Below are positions 31,776 to 40,661 of a DNA stretch of 64,000 nucleotides, in pieces (position 1 is the stretch's first letter; every line of letters starts with the position of its first letter). The notes below the pieces were generated by a model, which saw nothing but the letters and a program-made list of their open reading frames with translations, made no database searches and was not told the origin of the DNA. This stretch comes from Spirochaetia bacterium (GTDB lineage: Bacteria; Spirochaetota; Spirochaetia; CADAEX01). The position numbers and the translations under genes are program-made. The DNA is taken from assembly GCA_017554185.1 (NCBI GenBank), contig JAFZIU010000106.1, forward strand, positions 4,338 to 68,337, in the 5' to 3' direction.

Positions 31776-32666
31776 ATGACTACTTCCCAACTGGAATGTT
31801 TTATAAAAGTGGCTGAGACGTTGAATTTCAAGAATGCAGCTACCCAGCTTTTTATCTCTCAGCCTGCTGTCAGCAAGCAGATTCTTTCCTTGGAGAATGA
31901 GCTGGATACCAAGCTTTTTATCCGGTCCTCCCACTATGTGCTTCTTACCCAGGAAGGAAAGGCTTTTTTGGACAATGCCAGGAATATCCTTAAGCTTACT
32001 TATCAATCTAAGCAGATTATAGCCAGCCATAAGACTTCTCAATCTGACACGCTCAGGATTGGGTATTCAGAGCCCCATGAGATGATTCGCCTTACTGATT
32101 CTCTCTGCACCATGAGGAAAAAGTATCCTCAGTTCTATCCCGTTTTTACTATGGACAGCCTGGATATGAATCTGACTAAGCTGGAGCATGGAGATTTGGA
32201 TGTTTGCTTTACATTCCTTAATTTTGTCAAACCCTATGAGAATCTGATGTTTGTCCCAGTGACAAGCCAGAAGATGATATGTCTTCTGTCCGCAAATCAT
32301 CCGAAAGCTAAGAAAAGGGCCATATCCTTTGAGGAACTTAAGATGGAAAGTCAGATAATAACTGTTCCCTTTCACCTTAGAAGCCGTTACCACTCAGGTC
32401 ATGATGAGCCATCTTTCCCTACAGCCGAAGGGCAGAGGATTATAATCTGCAGCAATGCTACCGAGGCTTATGCATTGGTGAGCGCCGGGTATGGGTATTG
32501 TGTGCTTCCTGAGTTTGCCGTAGTTCCAGATACGGCTCTAAGCTTCCTGCAATGGGAATATGCTACCGATTTTGTGTATGGAATGGTATATTCCAAAGAA
32601 AAGAGAAGCAGTATGCTTAAGGATTTTGTCCAGGTTGTAAAGCATAAGCCTGAAAATCGCTCTTAG
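31776..32666 (+). CDS. LysR-family transcriptional regulator
   Basis: Start at ATG 31776 (AAGGAGA RBS); N-terminal HTH MTTSQLECFIKVAETLNFKNAATQLFISQPAVSKQI; divergent from the flavodoxin-like gene. Confidence 0.85.
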   Translation: MTTSQLECFIKVAETLNFKNAATQLFISQPAVSKQILSLENELDTKLFIRSSHYVLLTQEGKAFLDNARNILKLTYQSKQIIASHKTSQSDTLRIGYSEPHEMIRLTDSLCTMRKKYPQFYPVFTMDSLDMNLTKLEHGDLDVCFTFLNFVKPYENLMFVPVTSQKMICLLSANHPKAKKRAISFEELKMESQIITVPFHLRSRYHSGHDEPSFPTAEGQRIIICSNATEAYALVSAGYGYCVLPEFAVVPDTALSFLQWEYATDFVYGMVYSKEKRSSMLKDFVQVVKHKPENRS

Positions 32667-33238
32667 AGCAGCATAAGGCCGGTCACCAGTGGGATAAGCA
32701 GGTTGTCGTAGTCTTTTATGGGCAGAAGTTCTGTCAGGGTTGCAGCAAAGGCTACAGCTGCGGTTTTGGTGATGCTGCAGCCGGTGGCGTGGAAGGCCAG
32801 CATGAACACGGTGGCAAAACAGGCGGCTGACCCGGCCCAGGTCTTGCCTGTGCAGGGAATCTGGGTTCTGCCGAAGCTTTTGCCCACCAGGCAGGCGGCT
32901 GTGTCGCCGAAGGCCAGGGCATAGATAGCTATAGCCGCTGCAGGCATAGGGTAGAGTGCCAGTGCTCCCATGGCTCCCAGGGCCAGTGTCACCGGCGCTT
33001 TCGCAAAGTGGATCATATCCTGGGAACGGAACGCCTTTGCCTTTATTTCGGAGAACACTGGCACGTAATGGCCGGTCAGCCGCTGGAATTCAGACCAGGA
33101 GTAGATAACAATGCCGGCGCTGAGTAAAAAATAGGCCAGCTGGTAGCTGTAGCCGGCTATGAATGGGACAAATACTATAAGTGAATGTATAATCTTTCTG
33201 CAAGCTTCCTGCTGCACAACACTGATAATTCTCTGCAT
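32663..33238 (-). CDS. polytopic membrane protein, polyprenol/dolichol kinase-CTP transferase-like (COG0170-like)
   Basis: 191 aa, 5-6 TM, conserved stretch AFGDTAACLVGKSFGR reminiscent of CTP-dependent polyprenol kinase / CdsA-like families. Confidence 0.35.
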   Translation of the reverse strand: MQRIISVVQQEACRKIIHSLIVFVPFIAGYSYQLAYFLLSAGIVIYSWSEFQRLTGHYVPVFSEIKAKAFRSQDMIHFAKAPVTLALGAMGALALYPMPAAAIAIYALAFGDTAACLVGKSFGRTQIPCTGKTWAGSAACFATVFMLAFHATGCSITKTAAVAFAATLTELLPIKDYDNLLIPLVTGLMLL

Positions 33239-33337
33239 ACCTTCTTAATCGGCAGTTTTTCAAAAAAGTCAAATGAATAAGTAAATATCAATTGTGTTTT
33301 TAGCTATGTTATTATAAAATTTATATAGGAGGGGGTT

Positions 33338-33892
33338 ATGGGCAAGTATTATGAGATGAACATCGTGGGCTGCATCCGCAGGCTTCCCATCGTAAGAATA
33401 GAAGACAATCTGGATATCGCAAGCTTTGTCCTCCTGGGAGACGCAGAGCTGGTTGTAAAGGCTGCCCAGGTGCTGGACAGCAAACTGCCGGAGGCCGATT
33501 ATCTAATCACAGCCGAGGCCAAGGGTATTCCGCTGGTTCAGGAACTTGCCCGGCTCCGCAATATGAAACGCTATTTTGTTGCGCGCAAAAGCGTAAAGCC
33601 GTATATGACAGATCCCTTTGTCACCGAAGTCTATTCAATAACCACCAAGAAAAAGCAGATCCTGTGCCTGGACAAGGAGGAGAGCGACCTTATCAATGGC
33701 AAGAGGATCCTTATTGTGGATGATGTTATCAGCACAGGCGAGTCCCTTAAGGCTATGGAGACCCTGGTGGAGAAGGCCGGAGGCAATATTGTGGGCAAGG
33801 CCTGCATCCTGGCCGAGGGCGATGCAAAGAACCGCAAGGATATCATTTATCTCGAGGCACTTCCTGTATTCCCGGTTACTAACGAAAGATAG
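33338..33892 (+). CDS. type I phosphoribosyltransferase, adenine-PRTase-like
   Basis: Apt-like layout: hood region, KRILIVDDVISTGESL PRPP-binding loop (variant of VLIVDDLLATGGT); first gene of ECF operon, AGGAGGGGG RBS. Confidence 0.6.
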   Translation: MGKYYEMNIVGCIRRLPIVRIEDNLDIASFVLLGDAELVVKAAQVLDSKLPEADYLITAEAKGIPLVQELARLRNMKRYFVARKSVKPYMTDPFVTEVYSITTKKKQILCLDKEESDLINGKRILIVDDVISTGESLKAMETLVEKAGGNIVGKACILAEGDAKNRKDIIYLEALPVFPVTNER

Positions 33893-33901
33893 GCATAAGA
33901 A

Positions 33902-35566
33902 ATGGACTACAGGGTAGAGGGCATAACCTATAAATACAGCAAGGACGGCAGAACTGTCCTGGACAATGTGAGCTTTTCCATTGAACAGGGAAAGGTTACA
34001 GCCATAGTAGGTCCTTCGGGCTGCGGCAAGACTACGCTGCTTGAGATCTTGAGCGGAGTCATCCCCACACTTATTTCCAGCGGGCAGCTGTCCGGCACAT
34101 TCCAGAAGCCGGAAGACAGCCTGGTAAGTGTTGTAAGCCAGACACCGGAGAACCAGCTTTTCGGCTACGGGGTGGAGGATGCCATTGCATTCGGCCTTGA
34201 GAACATGGGTATTCCGCAGGCAGAGATTGCACAGCGGATGGACTATGTTCTTGATCTTTTAAGCCTGCAGTATCTGCGGGCCCGGAGCGTGGCAAACCTT
34301 TCGGGCGGCCAGCGGCAGGCTGTGTGTATAGCATCGGTTCTTGCAATGCAGCCCGACATCCTTATCATGGACGAGCCTGTAAGCTCGCTGGACCCTAACG
34401 GCAAGAGCCTTGTACAGATGGTGCTCAAGCAGATAAGCCTGGACGGAAACACTGTAATACTGGTGGACAACAACCTGGTATGGTCTGCCGGCATAGTGGA
34501 CCATGTAATAGGAATGATGGACGGCAAGGTGGTGTTCGACGGCAGCAAGGAGGATTTCTTCCAGGACTTCGAGCTGCAGCATAAGCTGGGGGTGATCATA
34601 CCTCAGGAGGTTGAGCTCTACCGCGGTCTTCTCCCATATTTCCCCAAGCTCAAGATGTTCTATACAGTAGAGGACGGTCTTATGCAGCTTGCAGAGATGG
34701 TGAACACCAAGCTGTTTGCAAAAAGCTACACAGAAGAGGAGGAGACAGGGGAGAGCATAATATCGGTGCATAACCTTGAGAAGGTGTTCAGCGACAACTT
34801 CCATGCCCTTAAGGATGTGAATGCCAATATCCCGAAGGGGAAGATAACAGCTGTCCTGGGGCAGAACGGATCGGGCAAGACCACTTTTGTAAAGCATCTG
34901 AACGGTCTTTATAAGCCTACTACCGGTGATGTGCGCTACAAGGGCGAATCGCTTCTGGAGAAGTCTGTGGCCCAGATATCACGGAACATAATACTGGTGT
35001 TCCAGCACCCGGAGCATATGCTGTTCGAGGAGACAGTGGAGGCCGAGCTCACATTCTGCGCACGTATGCAGAATATCCCGTTCACCGAGGAAAAGATAAC
35101 CGAGGTGCTTACCAAGTACAATCTGCTTGAAGAAAGGAATACCTTCCCCCTCAACCTTTCCATGGGCAAGAAGCATACACTTACTATTCTTTCTGTCCTT
35201 TTCTCCAGTGCCGATGTAATCATACTTGATGAGCCTACACTGGGCATGGACGGCTTCCTTATGAAAGAACTGGAGGCCCTGATAAAAGGACTTAAGGAGC
35301 AGGGGAAGACTGTAATTATAATAAGCCACGAGATTCCTATGGTGTTCCGCACTGTGGACGATGCCATCATCCTGAACAACGGAAATAAGATATTCCAGGG
35401 GACCAAGCAGCAGCTGGCGATCCGCGATGATATTTTCGACAAGATACATATTTCGATGCCTCCTGCAGTGGTTATGTCCAAGGCACTGGGCTTTGACAAG
35501 ATCTGCTACAATGTTGATGAGTTTGTAGAACAGGCCAAGGCTTTGACAAGAAAGGAGGCAGAGTGA
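33902..35566 (+). CDS. ECF transporter fused tandem ATPase (EcfA-EcfA')
   Basis: Two ABC modules with Walker A GPSGCGKTT and GQNGSGKTT, two LSGGQ-like signatures (LSGGQRQAV; LSMGKKHTL). Confidence 0.85.
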   Translation: MDYRVEGITYKYSKDGRTVLDNVSFSIEQGKVTAIVGPSGCGKTTLLEILSGVIPTLISSGQLSGTFQKPEDSLVSVVSQTPENQLFGYGVEDAIAFGLENMGIPQAEIAQRMDYVLDLLSLQYLRARSVANLSGGQRQAVCIASVLAMQPDILIMDEPVSSLDPNGKSLVQMVLKQISLDGNTVILVDNNLVWSAGIVDHVIGMMDGKVVFDGSKEDFFQDFELQHKLGVIIPQEVELYRGLLPYFPKLKMFYTVEDGLMQLAEMVNTKLFAKSYTEEEETGESIISVHNLEKVFSDNFHALKDVNANIPKGKITAVLGQNGSGKTTFVKHLNGLYKPTTGDVRYKGESLLEKSVAQISRNIILVFQHPEHMLFEETVEAELTFCARMQNIPFTEEKITEVLTKYNLLEERNTFPLNLSMGKKHTLTILSVLFSSADVIILDEPTLGMDGFLMKELEALIKGLKEQGKTVIIISHEIPMVFRTVDDAIILNNGNKIFQGTKQQLAIRDDIFDKIHISMPPAVVMSKALGFDKICYNVDEFVEQAKALTRKEAE

Positions 35567-36387
35567 TGGATTATCTGAAGTACGTCGACTCAAGCTCCTT
35601 CCTCCATAAGCTGGATCCAAGGACCAAGTTTGCTTTCTTTGTGGCCATGGCTGTCCTCACCAGCGTCATAAAATCCTTTGTGGCACTGACATTCCTGCTC
35701 TTATTCTTCATAGGAATGTGGAAAAGCTGTCATATAGGGACCCAGATCCTGACACTGCTTGCAAAGCTTAAGATACTGCTTCTGTTCATCTTCCTGCTGT
35801 GGTCTATTCTGGGTATGTTCTCTGTCCCCGAGGTGGATGGAGGCCCTATATTCTTCCAGACCACATTCAGCTGGATGGGGAAGCCGCATATCTTCTGCTT
35901 CGACTGGTATGACCTGTATAAGGGTGCAGTCTATCCTCTGCGTATATTCCTTATGATTTCCTCTTTCTACACCGTGCTCCTGACCACCAACTTCAGCGAG
36001 ATGATACTTGGACTGCGCAAGTGGCATATCCCTTATTCTGTGGCATTTGCCATCGGTCTTATCTTCCAGATCATCCCGATTACCATTAACGAGCTCCAGG
36101 CCATCATGGATGCCCAGAGTTCCCGGGGACTTGAGATAGACAAATGCGGCTGGGCCACAAAGGTCAAGAATTATGTCACATTCTCGTTCCCGCTGCTGTT
36201 CAGGGTTATTGGAAAAGGACAGGCTATTTCCCTGGCCATGCACTACTACAAGCTGGACTTCTCGGTCAAGCGGACTGCATACAAGGTTATAAAGGCCAGC
36301 AGGCTTGATATTTACTTCGTTGCTGCAAATGTTGTGGCAATCGCTATAACTATAGTGCTCAGAATTATGTACTACATACCGGTCTGA
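35563..36387 (+). CDS. ECF transporter transmembrane component EcfT (CbiQ family)
   Basis: 274 aa, 5-6 TM, CbiQ/EcfT family layout with conserved coupling-helix region (FAIGLIFQIIPITINE...RG); 4-nt overlap with EcfA. Confidence 0.75.
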   Translation: MMDYLKYVDSSSFLHKLDPRTKFAFFVAMAVLTSVIKSFVALTFLLLFFIGMWKSCHIGTQILTLLAKLKILLLFIFLLWSILGMFSVPEVDGGPIFFQTTFSWMGKPHIFCFDWYDLYKGAVYPLRIFLMISSFYTVLLTTNFSEMILGLRKWHIPYSVAFAIGLIFQIIPITINELQAIMDAQSSRGLEIDKCGWATKVKNYVTFSFPLLFRVIGKGQAISLAMHYYKLDFSVKRTAYKVIKASRLDIYFVAANVVAIAITIVLRIMYYIPV

Positions 36388-36402
36388 GCAGGAGGAGGTT
36401 TT

Positions 36403-37182
36403 ATGATTAAACGATGGGAAGAACTTACCAGAGATGAAATAGGGGCCCTGGATAAGGACAAGAGCATAGTGGCTCTGCCGCTCTCTGCCACCGAGCAGCA
36501 TGGTGCGCATCTTCCTGTGGGAACCGATGCCATCATTCTCTCCACATTGATCGACAAGATTATAGAAGGGGAGAAGTTCGAGAAGGGCAACCTTATCTTT
36601 GCCCCTCAGTTTTTGATTGGAAAGAGCAACGAGCACATGTGCTTCCCTGGCACCCTTACATTCAAGGCAAAGACCTACTACTCCATGATCTACGATATTG
36701 CAGGAAGCATAGCTCACCACGGCTTCAAGAAGCTGGTGCTGTTCAACAGCCACGGCGGAAACACCGATATGGCAAACCTTATAAGCAGGGATCTGCGGAT
36801 TGATTTCGGGCTGCAGGTGTTTGTGTTTGACTGGTGGTTCACCGACTTCTGGGCCGACGGTCTTAAGGGGCTCAAGGAGTCCGGCATGTACGGTGTCTTC
36901 CATGCCTGCGAGCTGGAGACAAGCCTTATGCTGGAGGCAAGGCCCGACCTGGTCTACATGGACAAGGCTGTGGACGAGGATCCTGCCGACTGCTTCAAGG
37001 GCGACAAGTATGTTACAGTCTTCGGACCTGTGAATGCGGGCTGGAAGACCAACGATGTGACAAAGAGCGGTGTAATCGGGGCACCTACATTTGCCACAGC
37101 AGAAAAGGGGAAAAAGCTTTTTGATTACGCGTGCAAGAAGCTTATTAATATATTCAGCGAAATTGCAGATATAAATTATTGA
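36403..37182 (+). CDS. creatininase-family amidohydrolase (creatinine amidohydrolase / ArfB formamidopyrimidine-nucleotide deformylase family)
   Basis: N-terminus IVALPLSATEQHGAHLPVGTDAII and later HGGN...ELETS conserved metal-binding residues of creatininase fold. Confidence 0.7.
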   Translation: MIKRWEELTRDEIGALDKDKSIVALPLSATEQHGAHLPVGTDAIILSTLIDKIIEGEKFEKGNLIFAPQFLIGKSNEHMCFPGTLTFKAKTYYSMIYDIAGSIAHHGFKKLVLFNSHGGNTDMANLISRDLRIDFGLQVFVFDWWFTDFWADGLKGLKESGMYGVFHACELETSLMLEARPDLVYMDKAVDEDPADCFKGDKYVTVFGPVNAGWKTNDVTKSGVIGAPTFATAEKGKKLFDYACKKLINIFSEIADINY

Positions 37183-37196
37183 AAAGAGAGGGAAAC

Positions 37197-37784
37197 ATGG
37201 CTAAAAAATTCTCATTCGTCAATATCATCTTCTTTGTAGTATTTGGTGTATTGACTGGAGTTCTCTGGGCATACCTGTGCCCAATTCCACTTATTCCTGG
37301 AGCAGTTCACTTCAGGACATTCGCTTTTATCATTCCGGTTATCGGCTATCTCTTCGGACCTGTTACAGGATTCTTTGCAGGCTATATCGGAACACTTGTA
37401 TGGTCTCTGCTTTCAGGAATGTTCATTCCGCTGCATTCTCCGATTGCAGATGGTATCACAGTAGGTCTTTCTGCAGCACTTCCTGCATTCTTCCATCTTA
37501 AGAATGGAAAGATTGACCTTGTAGAGCTTATTGATCAGAACAAGAAAGCATTTATTGGAAAGTGTCTTTTCTTAAGCGTATTCTTCGGTATCCTCATGAT
37601 CCTTTCCACCAGTGCTTCTCTTGCTTATTTCCTTATGGGCGAGCAGAGCTATATGGAGAATTACATTTTCTGTATCGTCTGGATTGGAATCGCCGATGTA
37701 GTGCCTATCGCTCTTACTCCATTTGTTGTTGTTCTCCTTGCAAAACGGATGAAGAACATCAGAAACATCATTCCATACGTATAA
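37197..37784 (+). CDS. ECF transporter substrate-specific (S) component, unknown substrate
   Basis: 195 aa, 6 TM; start at ATG 37197 after GAGAGGG; paralogous to S component at 60653-61198 (shared FGPVTxFxAGxxGTxxxxxLSG block at identical spacing). Confidence 0.6.
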   Translation: MAKKFSFVNIIFFVVFGVLTGVLWAYLCPIPLIPGAVHFRTFAFIIPVIGYLFGPVTGFFAGYIGTLVWSLLSGMFIPLHSPIADGITVGLSAALPAFFHLKNGKIDLVELIDQNKKAFIGKCLFLSVFFGILMILSTSASLAYFLMGEQSYMENYIFCIVWIGIADVVPIALTPFVVVLLAKRMKNIRNIIPYV

Positions 37785-37813
37785 ATGAAAATATAAAAGA
37801 CACGCGTAAACAA

Positions 37814-37842
37814 AGCCGGGGCACCCACCCCGGTTTTTTTTA
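37814..37842 (+). terminator. rho-independent terminator after ECF operon
   Basis: CCGGGG-caccca-CCCCGG then T8. Confidence 0.8.
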
Positions 37843-37944
37843 TCGAGCTGTACCCTTATCTGTGCTCTAATATTGACTATCTTAAGTGTTTGTGGTACAA
37901 AAGCTATACATGCGTTGACGAAAATCCAGTAGGACGCCGATAAC

Positions 37945-38160
37945 CTTCCAAGAGAGCTGCCGGGCGGTGCAAGGCAGTGGAGGCCGGTGCTCCGAATTAC
38001 CTTTCCGAGCAGCGCCTTGAAACACCCCCAAGGTGGAGTAGTGGTCGCCGGGTCCGCCCGTTACAGCGCAAGGGTATGTCTGTACCTGATAAGGCTCTTC
38101 CTGCGAAGGTAGGGCAAACAGAGGTGGTACCGCGGGAACTCTCGCCCTCTGTGTTTTCTT
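37945..38160 (+). promoter_or_regulatory. T-box riboswitch leader with intrinsic terminator
   Basis: AGAGAG 37951-56, GGTGCAA 37966-72, GAGTAG 38036-41, F-box CCGTTA 38058-63, exact T-box core GGTGGTACCGCGG 38123-35, terminator ACAGAGG...(GCGGG-aact-CTCGC)...CCTCTGT 38118-38152 then GTTTTCTTT. Confidence 0.75.
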
Positions 38161-38198
38161 TAGATAAACACCGGGATTACATTTTTAGGAGAATCATA

Positions 38199-39836
38199 AT
38201 GGTTATTACAGATCTTCTTGAACGCAATTCTAGATTGTATGGTGGAGAGTGTGCACTGGTGGAGATTAACCCATCAGAGAGCCGGGATAAGGCAGTTACA
38301 TGGCGTGAGGCCAGTCTTATAGAGGGCTCCCAGGATGCACCATACCGCCGTGAGATGTCCTGGCGCTCCTTTGACCGCAGGGCAAACCGCATGGCAAACC
38401 TGCTCTTGAGCCGAGGCCTCAAGCGGGGCACCAAGGTGGGCATCCTTATGATGAACTGCCTGGAGTACCTGCCTATCTACTTTGGAATACTCAAGGCCGG
38501 CTGCATTGTAGTTCCTATGAACTTCCGCTATTCCAGCGAGGAGATTGCCTACTGCCTTGACCTGGCCGATGTAGAGACTCTTATCTTCGGACCTGAGTTC
38601 ATAGAGCGTATGGACGCGATCCAGGACCGGATCCCAAAGGTTAAGTATCAGCTCTTTGTAGGAAAGAACGGGCCTTCATATACCGAAAACTTCTTCGACC
38701 TTATGCATTTTTTCTCACCCGATGCACCTCCTGTGCTCTTTACCGAGGATGACTTTGCAGCTATCTATTTCTCATCCGGCACCACCGGATTCCCCAAGGC
38801 AATCCTCCACAAGCACCGCTCACTTATAAGCTCATGCATGGTGGAGCAGAATCACCACGGACAGACACGGGATGATGTATTCCTGTGCATTCCTCCGCTG
38901 TACCACACCGGTGCCAAGATGCACTGGTTCGGAAGCCTCCTTGCAGGAAGCAGGGCTGTGCTCCTCAAGGGCATCAAGCCGGAATGGATTTTACGCACTA
39001 TTACAGAAGAGAAATGCACCATCGTATGGCTCCTTGTGCCATGGGCTCAGGATATACTGGATGCAATCGATTCAGGCCGCATCAAGCTGGAGCACTATAT
39101 GCTGGACCAGTGGCGGCTTATGCACATCGGAGCACAGCCGGTGCCTCAGAGCCTTATCCAGCGGTGGCTCAAGGTGTTCCCGAACCATCAGTACGACACA
39201 AACTACGGCCTTTCCGAGTCCATCGGGCCAGGCTGTGTTCACCTTGGAGTGGAGAATGTCCACAAGGTGGGTGCCATCGGTAAGGCCGGCTATATGTGGC
39301 AGACCAAGATTGTGGATGACAAGCATAACCCGGTCAAGCAGGGCGAGGTAGGCGAGCTGGCTGTAAAGGGTCCTGGTGTCATGGAATGCTACTATAAGAA
39401 CCCCAAAGCCACCGCCGAGTCACTTGCTGACGGCTGGCTCTTCACCGGCGACATGGCCAAGGAGGATGAGGATGGCTTCATCTATCTGGTTGACCGGAAG
39501 AAGGATGTCATCATCACCGGTGGCGAGAACCTCTATCCTGTGGAGATTGAGAACTTCCTCCGCAAGTTTGACAAGATCAAGGATGTGGCTGTGATCGGAT
39601 TCCCTGATCCAAGGCTTGGAGAGATTGCAGGTGCCATCATCGAGATCAAGGAAGGTATGACCTGCACCGAGGACGAGATAAACGAGTTTGCCCAGGGTAT
39701 GCCACGCTATAAGCGGCCTAAGAAGATAATCTTTGCAAAGGTTCCCCGGAATCCTACCGGAAAGATAGAGAAGCCGCTCTTACGCAAGATGTACAGCACC
39801 ACCAACCTGGTTGCAGAGGAGATCGGCGAAAAATAA
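38199..39836 (+). CDS. AMP-forming acyl/aryl-CoA ligase (ANL superfamily)
   Basis: Start ATG 38199 after AGGAGA; motifs SSGTTGFPKA (A3), YGLSES (A5), TGD (A7), PRNPTGKIEK (A10); ORF-track N-terminal extension is the T-box leader. Confidence 0.8.
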   Translation: MVITDLLERNSRLYGGECALVEINPSESRDKAVTWREASLIEGSQDAPYRREMSWRSFDRRANRMANLLLSRGLKRGTKVGILMMNCLEYLPIYFGILKAGCIVVPMNFRYSSEEIAYCLDLADVETLIFGPEFIERMDAIQDRIPKVKYQLFVGKNGPSYTENFFDLMHFFSPDAPPVLFTEDDFAAIYFSSGTTGFPKAILHKHRSLISSCMVEQNHHGQTRDDVFLCIPPLYHTGAKMHWFGSLLAGSRAVLLKGIKPEWILRTITEEKCTIVWLLVPWAQDILDAIDSGRIKLEHYMLDQWRLMHIGAQPVPQSLIQRWLKVFPNHQYDTNYGLSESIGPGCVHLGVENVHKVGAIGKAGYMWQTKIVDDKHNPVKQGEVGELAVKGPGVMECYYKNPKATAESLADGWLFTGDMAKEDEDGFIYLVDRKKDVIITGGENLYPVEIENFLRKFDKIKDVAVIGFPDPRLGEIAGAIIEIKEGMTCTEDEINEFAQGMPRYKRPKKIIFAKVPRNPTGKIEKPLLRKMYSTTNLVAEEIGEK

Positions 39837-39839
39837 TCT

Positions 39840-40658
39840 ATGGGTCTTATCTCCTCCCTCTACGAGAAAAAGAAGATGTCCCTGGTCATGGGGATACTCA
39901 ATGTCACACCAGACTCCTTCTATGCCGCAAGCAGGAAGGAGTCGGTCTCTTCTGCCCTTGATGCAGCCCTGGCTATGGAACAGGACGGTGCAGATATCAT
40001 CGATATCGGGGCAGAGAGCACAAGACCTGGCTTCACACCAGTGAGCGCCGAAGAGGAGAGAGAGCGTATAATCCCTGTAATAAAAGAGATCCGGAAGCAC
40101 ACAGCAGTCCCCATCTCGGTGGATACCCGTAAGGGTGCTGTGGCACAGGCGGCTCTGGATGCAGGGGCCCACATTGTTAACGATATTTCTGCCGGCACCT
40201 ATGATTTTTCAATAATTCAAATTGTAAAAAATTATAAATGTGATATTATATTAATGCACAGTCAGGAAAAGGCTCTTTATTCTGATGTGGTGAAAGAGGT
40301 CAGGGACTATCTTTTGTCCCGTGCCGAAGCCTTTAAGAACGCTGGTGTTCCGGCAGACAAGATTACGCTGGATCCGGGCTTAGGCTTTGGGAAGGATACG
40401 GAGCACAACCTTGATTTGATGCGCCAGATGGGGCAGATTGCAGCGCTGGGTTACCCGGTTCTCATAGGGTGTTCCAGAAAGCGCTTTGTAGGTGCAGTGA
40501 CTGGTGCCGATGTGGAAGGCAGGCTGGCCGGGACACTGGCGGTTAACGCCTTTGCCGCTGCCCATGGTGCTGCTGTGCTCAGGGTTCATGATGTGAGGGA
40601 GACATCTGATATGGTCAAGATGCTCTTCTCCCTTGGAGATATTGCAGTCAGGAGGTGA
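39840..40658 (+). CDS. folP: dihydropteroate synthase
   Basis: Pterin-binding domain MGILNVTPDSFY, ...DIGAESTRPG, LIGCSRKRF. Confidence 0.85.
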   Translation: MGLISSLYEKKKMSLVMGILNVTPDSFYAASRKESVSSALDAALAMEQDGADIIDIGAESTRPGFTPVSAEEERERIIPVIKEIRKHTAVPISVDTRKGAVAQAALDAGAHIVNDISAGTYDFSIIQIVKNYKCDIILMHSQEKALYSDVVKEVRDYLLSRAEAFKNAGVPADKITLDPGLGFGKDTEHNLDLMRQMGQIAALGYPVLIGCSRKRFVGAVTGADVEGRLAGTLAVNAFAAAHGAAVLRVHDVRETSDMVKMLFSLGDIAVRR

Positions 40659-40661
40659 CGA

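Noticed and set aside
37977-38198. 74-codon N-terminal extension of the CoA-ligase ORF (MEAGAPNYLSEQRLETPPRW...)
   Set aside because: This stretch is the T-box leader RNA (conserved boxes and terminator); the real start is ATG 38199 after AGGAGA.
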